Source: Pelomyxa schiedti
Taxonomy: Eukaryota > Protista > Evosea
DNA length: 64,000 nucleotides
NCBI GenBank assembly: GCA_020536535.1
Contig: JAHLWZ010000831.1
Span: 27,545 to 91,544, forward strand
Reading direction: 5' to 3'
Both the position numbers and the translations under genes were made by a program. Shown piece by piece: positions 1 to 11,904 of the stretch (positions within the stretch are counted from its first letter, which is position 1; the number at the start of each line of letters is the position of its first letter). The notes under the pieces were generated by a model that was not told the origin of the DNA, searched no databases, and worked only from the letters and a program-made list of their open reading frames with translations.

Positions 1-301
1 CCACTGGATTGAGACACACACCGCAACTCCAGGGTAAGCCCCGTTTTCTTCCTCCATTCACCCGGTCATCATTTTCTTACAATTAATTAGGGAGAAGAAA
101 ATGTACGCCGCAAGACTTCTGCACCACACCATCGATGCCGGCCTTGCAGAGCAGTTTTCTTCCGGCAAATTGCTTGCCTGTGTGACATCCAGACCAGGAC
201 AGATTGGCCGCTGTGACGGATACCTCCTTGAGGGCGAGGAGCTCGAGTTCTACCTCAAGAAAATGGAGAAGAAGAAGAAGGGAGCTGCCCAGGGAAAATA
301 A
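1..301 (+). CDS. RPS8: 40S ribosomal protein eS8, 3' part (gene starts before the window)
   Basis: [34 protein letters not shown] matches the eS8 C-terminal signature; GTAAGC...TTAG intron at ~34-90. Confidence 0.95.
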
Positions 302-463
302 ACTTCCAACCAACACTTGGTTTTTTTTTCCGGCTATCACTATTGTTGTTCTTGAACAAATTATCTACCCTTTTCTTTGTCTGTTTACTTCTATCCCCCA
401 TCATGCAGGCAGAGTCCTCGTATTTTCAAAGATTAAAAAAGAAAAGCGTGCAGCCGAACTTCT

Positions 464-1065
464 TTACAATGAAATTTCCTTCTTGTCCAGTGCGGGCATG
501 AGAGAAGGGTTACTTTGAAAAAGGAGCTCCTTCACGGACTGGTAGTCGTGCTCTCCGAGAAGAAAGTTCTGCACCACATTAATTCCAGCAATGTTGTACT
601 TGGATTGTTGTCGTGTGCGTTCTTTCCACCACATTTTGTCCAGAATTAGAGGCTTGTATTTGCTGCCCGTAGTTGGGTCGTCTATGGTCTGAAGAGAGTA
701 AAAAAAAAAAAAAAAGGCAGAAAGTCGGGACAGCGGCACACCTGGAAGAATGCGGACACTTCTTCGAAGTTCTTATTTGGTTTGAGCCAATACACCAACC
801 CTTCTTGCTCTTTCTGCAGTATCAAGTCCTTGAATCTGGGGCTGAAATCGAGGTACCTCGTGGGCTGACGTCTCGACGCCGCTTCTTCGGCCGGGGTACG
901 AGGGAAAACCCAAGACCTGTCACTGCCAAAGAAAAAGATTGACTGCCGCATGACATCCTCAGGAATGGCGGTATAGAACTTGGATAGGTACGACGCCGAG
1001 ATCCACACAACACGCCGTCCTCCATTTGAAGTAATTGCGGCGTCACTCGTTGTAGCCGCACTCAT
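464..1065 (-). CDS. hypothetical protein, 2 exons
   Basis: ORFs 682..1077 and 464..739 join in frame across a GT...CAG intron (~689-741) with a poly-T tract. Confidence 0.6.
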
Positions 1066-1161
1066 TTTCCGAAGCAATAATTTGCCTGTTCGTGTGATGG
1101 TTCCCGTAACCGGATCTGGAGAAGGAACGACAGAAGAAGAACAAAAAACACAAAAACGAGC

Positions 1162-4005
1162 ATGGAGGTGGCGTTGGAGAAGTTGTATGAGCTATGGTCA
1201 GCCGGGATTATTTCAGAAGAGGAGTACCATCTGCGCAAAGAGGCACTGCATAGAGAGTATGTCCTCTCATTTTTTACGAAGTTGTTGCTTTTTTTTTCTT
1301 GTTTTTTTGTCTTGTCCATTTCTTCTCTAACTTTTTCTTCACCCTTGGCAGATTTAACGTTTGTTCTAAACCATTTACTAACACAAAGAAAACAAAGTGT
1401 CTCATAGACATCGATTAATTGAAGTGCAGGTGGCGGAATCTTCTACTACTGTGACTCCTAGTACCACAGCCACTACATCCACATCGACAACACAACCTGA
1501 GTACTCTGAAGTTGATGCCCTGAGAGAGGTAGAGGCGGACGCTCGCATGAGAACAGCTTCATGCTTGCCATTACCTTTTTCTGCTGCTCTTCTGCATCAC
1601 TGTTGTGGAAATGGTCCTGACGCTACGCAATTTTCGTTTGGCTCATATATTCCTTTTCAGCTTCAAGTACTCAAAGTGCCGCCTCTACTCAATGTGACCC
1701 TTTGCCAGTGGGCCCGATATCTGCAGAAGATGCTGAAAGCCGCGTACTGCGCGCAGTGCAGATCTGTGCTGGAGATTTTGCCGCATTGAGTTTAAAAACG
1801 AAAGTTCCCTGCATGTGCCCAACTGCTCGTGTGGCAATGAATCTGACTGACACTGCCTTCTCTCTTACTTCATTACAATACATTCTGGAGGAAATGGGAA
1901 AAGAAACTGCCCGAAAGAAGGAGGAGGAGGAAAGGGAGCGCGCAAAACGAGAAATAGAAGAAGAACGACGTGTAGTGGAAGAAGAAGCATCAAGGTATAG
2001 TGAATATGTATTGGAGGTACTAACAAATCCCACAGAGCGATACAGGAGTTAACTACACAAAAAGAATCGTTAAATGCAAAGATTGCTGAGCTTGAAGAGG
2101 CTGTAGAAGATTTTGAGGCCAATGAGTACCCTAAATTGAAGGTTTTTCCATCAAATTCGTCAAATCAATTTTGAAAATTGCTTACCACAGGAACAATACC
2201 GCACTGATAACTTCCTGGCACCGGGCTTACATGTTACCTTTTTACCCGAATTCTCAGCTGTAGAGAGTTCGAGAATAGAGATGAAAGTTCTTGTAGAAGC
2301 GAAGGTTCAGTCCCATTTACTAAAGATATTCCCTCAGTTAAGCTATCATCCTAGGTTGGCCAACAATCAAAAACTGCCACCGTAAAACGGGCTCCATTTG
2401 AATTGGCCATTGCTTTAGATGTGTCTGGTAGTATGGAGGGGGACCCCCTTGGTTTGTCCCTTGCACTGTTCAGAGTCCAATGTCACCATCAATAGAAAAC
2501 TCTAAGAACTCTATCCTCAAGATCATTAAGTTACTCCAAGAAGGCGATATTCTGCATGTTGTTACCTACGCTGATTATGCCAAAGTGATTTTTCAAGAAG
2601 GCAAAGTCCATACAGAAAGTACCCTCAAAAACAAGTTTTATCCACTCCTAAATTTCACAGGTGACAGACAGCAACTTTCTGAGAAAGTATCTCGGATATG
2701 CACTGAGGGGTCCACAAATATTTCCGCCGGTTTCCTCCATCCTGTTATCAATATTTAAAGCATTCACCTCCTTTTGCCAGGGCTCCAGGCTGCGTATGGT
2801 CTATTTTCGAAGAACAGTAAAAATAAGAGGGTATTCCTGTTCTCTGATGGCGGCGCAAATGAGGGAATAACGGATGTTGCCTCTATGAATAAACTGGTTG
2901 GTGAAGCCTACAACACCCGAGGAATTTCCACCACTTCATTTGGCATTGGTCCACACTACAATCTGGTACATACAGCCTTTCATTTTTTTGCAAAATAACA
3001 CAAAGTAAGGAAATGATGAAAGGAATTTCTGACAGTGGCCATGGTCTTTACTTCTTCATAGATTCGATTGAATCCATAGGAAAACTAATCGATAAAGGCA
3101 TGCGTGGCCTTACATCATTGTTCGGTACTGTGTCACAAACTTCCCACCCATAAATTCGTCTTAAATTAAACAACAAGGAATCGATGCCGAACTTCACATT
3201 AGACCAAGGAGCCCCCCATGTCACTCAATGAAGCTCGGAGTTGGCAGTAAAGAAACGCTGACTCCCCCATCTGGGTCCACGACAACCACAGCGGCTAATA
3301 CAATCGACATACCGGTAGGCGACCTCCGCCACGAAGATCTGAAGCAATTGCTGTTTGATGCAGAATTTGACTTCTCTGGCAACTACCCTGGTTCCTCCCT
3401 CTGGGTGTTGGATTGGGATATGGCATACACTGAAGTTGTGAATGGCGAATTTGGAGGCAGAGCCACCCAAAGAGGCTCGCTATCAATGAGCATTGATGCC
3501 ACAAGATCAGAGCACAACAAGCAAGTCCGCTCCTTGTCCGTGATACGGGCCTGTGCTCTCCAGGTTAAAATTCACTCTGCAGCCAATGCTAAATGAAAAA
3601 CTTACCACCCCAAAGGAGGCCCAGATATACGAGCTCGTACGCACCAATAACTTCACAGAAGCAGCTCACCTCAAGGAAGAAATATTAGCGCAGCTCACCT
3701 CTGTTGAAGAGGACGACCCCTACGGATTTGTAAAGATCCTCGTCAACAAAGGCAGGAAAGTGCTCTGTGACTACCAGCGCCTGGCCGTAGACAAGCTCAT
3801 CGCCAGTCACAACGAGACCATGCAGCGACGCATTCGGGAATTGAATACAAGACTGCGAGCACTTGATGTGCAAACTGTTGCCGAACCTGTCATGCTGAGG
3901 GAGGAAAGGAGGTCCACCAAGTGCGGGGAGTTGCTGGCCAAAGAAGCCCACAGAAAGATGGAAGAGGAGGCTGACTGTGACATGGGTTTCGGCCTGTTTG
4001 ACTAA
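1162..4005 (+). CDS. multi-exon vWA-domain protein: N-terminal SHOCT-like helix pair, coiled coil, vWA, C-terminal P-protein-like tail
   Basis: LEKLYELWSAGIISEEEY (SHOCT-like); FELAIALDVSGSM (MIDAS), GSTNISAG, RVFLFSDGGANEG, TTSFGIG; ends EEEADCDMGFGLFD*. Confidence 0.85.
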
Positions 4006-5126
4006 ATAATCGATGTGTTTTTCCCGCCACACGAAACAGCCTTGGGCGCAGAATTCCTGTTTGGACTTTGTTCTCTAAAGAATTGTCTGGAAAAAGAATT
4101 GTCTGGAAAATCTAATTTTTTTTTTATAGTCTATTCTCATTCAAACAGTTGCTGACTTTTAGGTGGTGCAGGTATTTGTAGAAGTGGTTCAAGTTGAGCC
4201 GTGGCAAGAGGCTTCCAAAAGCTGCACAAAATCACGTCAGTAACGGAAAGAAAACTAAACAGGCAAACCGTAATTACTTGGGCTAATAGCAAGAAAAGAC
4301 TACGTTAAAGAACAGTCTCAGCTCAGAAAACGAAGTGGCGCATCTCAAACTTAGAAACCAGTCATCAGATGAAAGATGTAAAAAAGAACTACCTGTTTGT
4401 CGAAGGCAGCAACACAGGGGAGGAAAAAAAAAAAAACGATAAAAAAAAAGTGGGGCACGGGAGCGACCGCGGCCAACCCAGGCCTTTTGATCATAGCGGA
4501 AGTCAGTGACCAAGCCAAAGGGAGACTAACTTATAGTAAGTTATGGGTCTCCCTTGTGCGAGCTCGGTCCCAGCAGCCAGGCAGTTAACCAAAGGTCGCT
4601 AGGCCCGACACTGGAACAAAAAAAAGAAACTAACAAATAAAAAAAATAAAAATCCAGCTCGTATCATTCAGTCCGTGTATTTGTCGCGAGCCTGCAGTGT
4701 TGTGAAAGTAAAACATCGAAAGGCCCCACAAAAAACCCCAAGGTGGAGAAAGAAAAACGAAGGGGAAAAACGAGAAAAGAGGTCTCAGTGCAGTGTGTCG
4801 CTCATTCCCGTTGCCCCACCTGCTACGGCAGCACAATCCGCTCGTACAGCCGCATTAGTTTCTTTTTTTTTGAATGTGAAATCATAATAAATCTTTCATA
4901 AAGCATGTGTATTTGCAACTGCGATCTTTTTGAGGAATGTGGATGTCACAATACAGAGATCTAACCCATAACGGTCAGCTGATTATTTGATTCACCAACT
5001 TATAAGATCTTCAAACAAACCCCTCGAAGGGCTGCACCCGGTTTCGCAAAAGGACAAGGAAATGGGTTCAAAGAATGATATTTCGTATGTTTTTTCAAAA
5101 ATTCTTTGCACACAACACAAAACGAA

Positions 5127-6951
5127 ATGCGCGTCACAGAGGAGGGAGCTATGACTGCCGATGTGACCTCGTGGCAGTGCTTCCCAATCGATGGCGAGCC
5201 GTTCTTCTGCAGGGCGATCGGAACCGGGTCCTGGAACGACCTCTTGCATAGCAACCATGTTGCCACACTCATCATCAAGATGAGGTGCCCAACGGAGGCA
5301 ACAGAAGCGCAGGCTCACTTTTGGCAGCAGCAGAGCCTCAGCACTGAGTATCGGAAGACACACAGGTATCACAACGTGGGTGAGGAGGCGTTCGCGGCCA
5401 TGCAGAGGAACGGGGAAGTGCCTGAGGGCATCCCCCGTGCAGGGTGTGGGTGACCTGGTGCAGGTCCGAGGAGCTGAACAAGAGGCATTCCTTCAAAGCA
5501 ATTTGCAAACGACTCGGCCGCGACCCTGTCACAGGGAAAATGGCTGTGTGTATAGCAGTCCTCTCTTCTCCCAGGTTTCACTTACCTTCGTTGACAGAGG
5601 AGAAATACCCAAGTATTCTCTCAAGTGCCAACAGAAGAAGAGCAAGAATACTACAGTAGTGACCAGGAGGAGGATTACAACTTGAACCAAGAAGACTCCA
5701 TTCAGCTGCGCCCAGACCCGTCGTTGAAGTGGGAACTGAGCACCATACCCATCATTCTAGAGGGTGACCTCATTCCACCACCAAAGGTACTTCTTGCTTG
5801 TTGCCACACTACAGTTTCTCATTCCATATCATAAGCCTCCAATCTTGTCAGATGCGGAGAACCTGGGATTGGCCCTTGATTTGTCAAAAATCAGGGATAT
5901 GGTTTGTGGTTTTCACACCATTTCCTCTCTCAATCTCACCACTCACAGGAGAAGGATTCTGAGGAAGAAGACAACACTTCCACAGAGGAGGCGTTGGAGC
6001 ATGGAAAACCCCCTCATGACGTCGTCCGCTTTCACTCAGCCTGGAAAATGGTGTGCGTAGTCCGTGTGTGTCTGGACATCTCATAACTTGCAAAAGATTT
6101 TGATGCTGTTGTCTCCAGTTGGGTTTGAGAGAATGAGGGGTGTGTGCAGGGGCCTTCTGGAGCTCGTGAAGTCTCTTGAGAGAATGTACTGGAGTTGGTT
6201 GCAATATGATTTCTGCAACCCCAGAGAACGCCAACGCTATAGGGAGAAAAAGTATCCCCCTGCCATGCGGGCTACAGCTATGGCAATAAACTGCTCACCG
6301 TTCTGCCTTCAGACAGTGCAAGAGCTCGAGGTGTATGGAGGTTTCATTGCAAAGCGATTGGAGATACATTGCGCCACCGGTCAAAAACCCACACCCGCGA
6401 CACTTTGGCCAGCAATCATCAGCGCAGTGGAAGGGGTCATGAGAGCCAACACCCGCCCAGACACCCAGCTCATCGTCCACCACTGCCCCCAGGGAATGGT
6501 CGGCAACATCATCCACGCCGTGATGTCGACCCGGGAGCCCAGCAACATCAGCCTGCTCACCATCACCGGGGATGGCGAAATCGCGTTCCCGCCTGGGTTT
6601 CGCCCTCTCCCGCCCGACTCCAAGAGGTGCCTTCCACGAATCGAAATTAAAGTCGACACAGACAGGTCATGTTGCACCAAGACCGACCCTGCCACGGTCA
6701 ACAACAACGAACCACCCCGGGCCCAGACCACTCCCACTCCAACTCCAACTCCCGCTCCAGCCGCCCGCATCAGCGCCCCCGCTCTCGCCCCTGCTCCTGC
6801 CATCATCATAAGCAACAGCACCAACGGCGACACGGTCACGGGGAAGAGGTTGGCGCCGGGGACACCCCCTCTTGTGCTCCTGCCCCCACCAACCACATCC
6901 ACAAACGCTGCTCCCGTCGAAAACAATCGCCGGCGTAGACTGGGGCGGTGA
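5127..6951 (+). CDS. hypothetical protein, possibly frameshifted or pseudogenised
   Basis: Successive + ORFs (5106-5453, 5444-5659, 5625-5834, 6064-6951) with intron-like gaps; apparent 1-nt shift at a C5 run near 5432-5436. Confidence 0.4.
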
Positions 6952-7136
6952 TGTGTAAAAACCTGTTTTCCTTTCTGTGAAACAAGCCTCCGATTTTTTC
7001 TTGGAAAGCAGTGCCAGGTGGACGTTACGGTAGAGCACTGCCCTCAGTCCCGGGACTGGGCCTTGTATCCTTAAGTAGGACCTTTCGTTTTGCCCTTTTG
7101 AACAAACCTCGCCACAAAAAAACGTAAGTGACTTTA

Positions 7137-10100
7137 TCAAGGGTGAAAAGCAACAAGGGACTGGAGGATGAGTTGCGGTGTGGCTTGCTTGAGGAACGCC
7201 ATCTGGAGGAATAGCCTCACTGAAACTGACTTTTCATCCACAGGCATGTCTCTCTGTTGCTCCATCATGGTGCGGATGTCTGTGCAGGTCTGTGCCTTGA
7301 GCGCTCTCAGGCCCCACTCCAATTCTGCACAAGACGGAGTGGGTGATGAGGATACCACCATGGCCGCCTCTGAATGGCAGGTGTAACTGAGATTGACATG
7401 GGGAGGAAGGAACAGGTGTGCACCAACGAAAATGGAGGCGAGGCCCGCGGCGGGCCTCCTCTCTGGGTTACTGTCACGCAGCCGCTTCAGGAGGTAGTAA
7501 AGGCATGGGCACTTGTGCAGTAGACCCACGGAATCCTCTCCATTGGGTGGGGCGATGCCAAAGCACATCTGCCACACAACACAGCCAATGGCCCACAGGT
7601 CGGTCTTGGATACGTTGTACGTTTTGGTCCTGTGGGAGGGGTATTACTTATTGGTTTTGTTATTGGGCTGGGCAAACCTTGGGGTCACAGCTACTGGCTC
7701 AAGTGATTCAGGTGCCCTGTTGTGCAGGTTTCCTCCAAGGACTGAGTCCAGGCCCACAAGTTCAAGCATTCCAGGATTTGCACCACCGGCTTCTGAAGGT
7801 TTGATGCTCACTGAGGTGTCAAAGCCGGACAGGACAGTGAACTGGCCTGTGAAGCCTGATCTCTCGAGCATGAGGATGTTGTCAGACTTAATGTCCAGGT
7901 GGAACAGTCCCCGCTTATTGTTGAGGTAGTCAATGGTTGAAAGCAGCTGAAAGCTGATCTCCAAAGTCTTGTCACTTCCAAGAGGAAGCACGGTGGTGCT
8001 GGTTGTCTCGGTTGATGAAGCAGGAGGTTGCTGAGGTGCTTGAATGTGCTTTTCAAGGGTTGTTGATCCCAGCTCCTGGGTGATGAAGGTTGTTCTATCA
8101 AAGATTGGAACACATTCACGGTGGTTGTGGGGGATAGTGGTCAACGGGGTTCCAGTCTCAATTGAAACCAAGCACATTTTCCTGTCTTTTGGAAGCAGCT
8201 CCTCCTTCAGAGGGAATTTAGAAGAGAAAACAGTTGGTAGGAGAGGTACCTGTGTACGGCTGCAGAAAAAACTGATGATGTTGGACACACCCCAGTGTGG
8301 ATTCTGAAATAGAGAGAGAATCTCCTGGTCAAAAGTATTCCTCTGGTACTCTGTGTCACCACCTGGCCAAGTCGCCCAATTGAACATCATCTTCAGTGCT
8401 ACTCCCTTCTCGAATATTTTCCTTGGAATGTGCCAATCATTTCTTGGCATAAGCTTCACACTGCTTGTGGTACTATTGCTCCCAACGCCAATAATCTATA
8501 GAGATCTTAGACCAAAACAAATGAGTAAATGAATAAAACCTTTGCCGATGAAAAGTTGATATCACCCATTCCAATCGCTCTCATGCAACTGAAATCAATA
8601 CTCGAAGTGAATTGCTCTGAATACTATGTGATAATTAATAAGTTGAGAGAGAGCTCAGGTACTGGATGAATTTCGAGGCCAATTTTTATTCAATGGGTCA
8701 AACATACCATTTGAAGTTCTTTTTCCTGCGATGACTTTGAGGGGAATAAAGTAGGTGATCTGAATTACCTGGTCAAATGCCAACTTTAAACTGAGAACCA
8801 ATGTTGAGATGACATCAACAGTCTGCAACACAGTATCAACTCCTTCCACAGAAGCCTGCGGTGTTCCTTGGTTGTCATTCCCGGTGGTTGCACCTGAGAA
8901 GACACTCTGTGGAAATTCTTTCCTCAGCAAAGATGCCACTTCGGTGAGCTTGAGCAGTAAACTTGACGATGGGGTAGTTGGGCAGAAATTACACTTGAAA
9001 TACTCTTTGCCTGGTGAGGATTTAAGGTAAGTAATTTGAGTTCGATGCCCGGAGATGTAATCACAAGAAGAGTGTAAAGATGCGCAAGGTAACACCAAAA
9101 AGGCTTCCTGGTTTTATGTGTTACATACCATTCGCTATTGCCAGTTTACTGGTACATGAACCTTGGAGTGGGTTAGTGCACGCAGAAATAAGTGCAAGAA
9201 AATAGACAACATGAGCAACAATCTGAGACTATCTCAATGGAAATGTCAAATAGATCCCCTGAAGGGTCGGGTGTTGGAACCTTGTCCAGTTGAACCAAAA
9301 AATTGCCCAAGCCCAAAGAGGTCATTTGATATTGTCTGCCACCCACAACAGCATACATCTGTTCTGATGGTTGCTGGATATGGACCAAGGGGCATGCTCC
9401 AGCGGAGGTAGGACATTTCAGCCATGTAAACCACAGGAGAGTCATATCCCCCAGTTTCTTCCTCATCAATGACTTGTTTGTTGAAAGTGACTGTGTAATC
9501 CTTGCAGCCCCCTCTGCAGCAATTTTGGAACCTTTTATTGGTTGAGTACAGATATGAGGGAAAGTAAGTGATCTACCATCAAGCTGCAGACCCACCAGTG
9601 ACTTATTTGTTGAAAGTAACTGCACAAAACTTGCAGCCCCTTCACCAATCTTGTTCCCTTGATTGTTGTTGTTGATATGACGGAGTATGTGAAAGTGACA
9701 TACAACTAAGATCCAAATTCGCCAGTGTCTGGTTTGTGGAAAGTGCCTGGGCAATCCCCACGGCTCCCGCATCGCCAATGTTGTTCACTTGAGATATTAT
9801 TACTATGTGTTGTTTGTGAGATGGGTGCAAGTACATACTGCCAAGGTTCAGACCAACCAGTGTCCTGTTCGTTGAAAGTGACTGTACAATCCTCACAGCA
9901 CCCTTCTCACCAAATTTGTTTCCTTATTTTGTTTGTTTGTGGGAGAGGTGCAAGCACAGGACGTACCATTAAGATACAACCGCTCCAGTGACTGATTTGA
10001 GGCAAGTGATAGAGCAATCCTTTCAGCCCCCTCGGCCCCAATGTTATTGTCTTGTTTGTGTTATTGGTTTGTTTGATTGGCAGGAGATCAGGTATACTTC

Positions 10101-11727
10101 CAAGATACAGAGTTACAAGTGTCTTGTTTGTTAAAAGTGCCTGCGTAATCATTGTAGCCCCCTCATCTCCAATTCTGTTCCCTTGTTTGATTTGGTATTG
10201 TAATCGGAGGTAATGGAAAAGCGCGTACCAATCAGATATAGACACTTTAGTGACTTATTTGTTAAAAGTGACTTCGCAATCCTACCAGCCCCTTCGTCAC
10301 CGATGTTGTTTCCTTGTTGATTATTGTTGGTTTGAGTGGAGTGCAAGTAAAGAACATACCCCCGAGGTTCAGACTCACCAGTGACTCATTTGTTGAGAGC
10401 ATCTGGGCAATCCTGGCAGCCCCCTCAGTCCAGATATTGTTTGCTTGTTTTATTATCGTTATTGGTGGACAATTGGGGCACAAATAAATGACATGCCCTT
10501 AAGATCCAGATGGATAAGTGCGTTGTTTGTTGAAAGTGACTGTGCGATTCTTGCAGCCCCTTCAGCGCCAATGTTGTTTGCTGTTGTTACAGTTGGAGTA
10601 CCAAATGAATAAAGCGAACGACATACAAGCAAGATTCAGAATCAGCAGTGACTTGTTTGTTGACAGTGATTGTGTAATCCTTGAAGCCCCCTCTGCACCG
10701 ATATTGTTATCTTGTTTGATTGTTATTGGTTTATGGGAAATGCAACAGCAAAAGACATGCTTTCAAGCTTCAGAAATACCAGTGACTTGTTTGAGGGAAG
10801 TGACTGTGCAAAGCTACCAGCCCCTTCATCACCAATATTGTTATCTTGTTTTTGGTTAGTGTTGTTACTGTTTCATTGACTCGTTGGAGAGCCAACATAC
10901 CATAAAGGTTCAAGCTCACAAGTGACTTGTTTGATGAAAGTGCCTGGGCAATTGTTCCAACCCCCTCGTCACCAATGTTGTTCACTTGTTGTGTTATTGT
11001 TGTTGCAATTTTGTTGAGTGCAAGTGAATTGAATGTGTATTCACATACTGGCCAAGTCCAGGCTCACCAAAGATTTGTTTGCTGAAAGGGCTTGAGCGAT
11101 CCTTCCAGCCCCCTCAGCTCCAATGTTGTTATCTTGTTTGGTTATATGCCTGGTTGGGCTGTAGGGCAATGAATAACATACTGGAAATATCCAGACTTAG
11201 CAGTGTATTGTTTGCTGAGAGTGTATTTGTGATCTGTGCTACCCCCTCAGCACCAAAGTAGTTCCCTAGTGTGTGGGAGGTCAGTGATCAAGGAATTGTG
11301 TTTGCAAGGTAACAATATACCATAAAGACATAGAGACACCAGTGACTTGTTTGTTGCAAGAAACCGTGCAATACTTGCAGCCCCCTCAGCACCAATATTG
11401 TTATCTTTGATTGATTAGAGTTGTTGTTGTTGAGGGGAGAACAGGTGAACGACGTACTGCCGAGATTCACACTTGTCAGTGACTTGTTTGCGGAGATTGC
11501 CTGTGCAATCCTTGCAGCACCACCATCACCAAATTTGCTACCTGGTTATGGCGGTCAGTGCTGTGTGTATCAGGCAGTAAGTAGGTGTATGAAGTACTAC
11601 CAGAGAGGTCGAGGGTTTGGCATGCACAATCTGGATGCAACAAAGCACCACATATTACATCGAGTGGCCCGTCTCTTCCTTGGACTATCACCTTTCGGTG
11701 CACCTGCTGCACAGCTTCGTCGCCCAT
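7137..11727 (-). CDS. LRR (RNI/NLRC3-type, 28-aa repeats) plus C-terminal protein kinase-like domain, predicted pseudokinase
   Basis: 16 exons each beginning xNxIGxEGAxxIAxxLxxNxSL; kinase motifs IIGVGSN, VALKMMFN, HLDIKSDNIL, GNLHNRAPE, KTDLWAIGCV, RRPAA; DFG position reads GFD; start codon uncertain. Confidence 0.85.
9460..11541 (-). repeat. tandem exon+intron repeat array, ~128-148 bp period, 16 units, encoding LRRs
   Basis: 84-nt exons (one 81 nt; the last runs on into downstream coding sequence) flanked by similar introns G(T/C)ATGT...AACAAG. Confidence 0.92.
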
Positions 11728-11904
11728 CAGTTTGGACTTGAAATTCACCGAGGTGAAAGCTCCGTTCTTCTAACCTTCGCGGGTCCTTATTTCAAGACTA
11801 GTGGTGTTTTCAAAGGAAAATCTTTCTGGGCAGACTGTAACGGGTAATAAGGTGGTTGTACCCTAAAAAAATTTTGTGATCCTCGAGGTTTACGCAGAAA
11901 ATAA

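Noticed and set aside
4006-5100. Gene-free gap examined for tRNA, ncRNA or transposon
   Set aside because: No cloverleaf, terminal repeats or transposase/RT motifs recognised; short ORFs are poly-A/T artefacts
7630-7680. In-frame TAA inside the kinase domain (pseudogene or stop readthrough)
   Set aside because: It lies inside a 48-nt GTTTGC...CACAG intron whose removal keeps frame
9460-11541. Regular repeat/spacer periodicity resembling a CRISPR array
   Set aside because: The repeats are degenerate coding LRR exons and the spacers are GT/GC-AG introns; eukaryotic context, no cas genes
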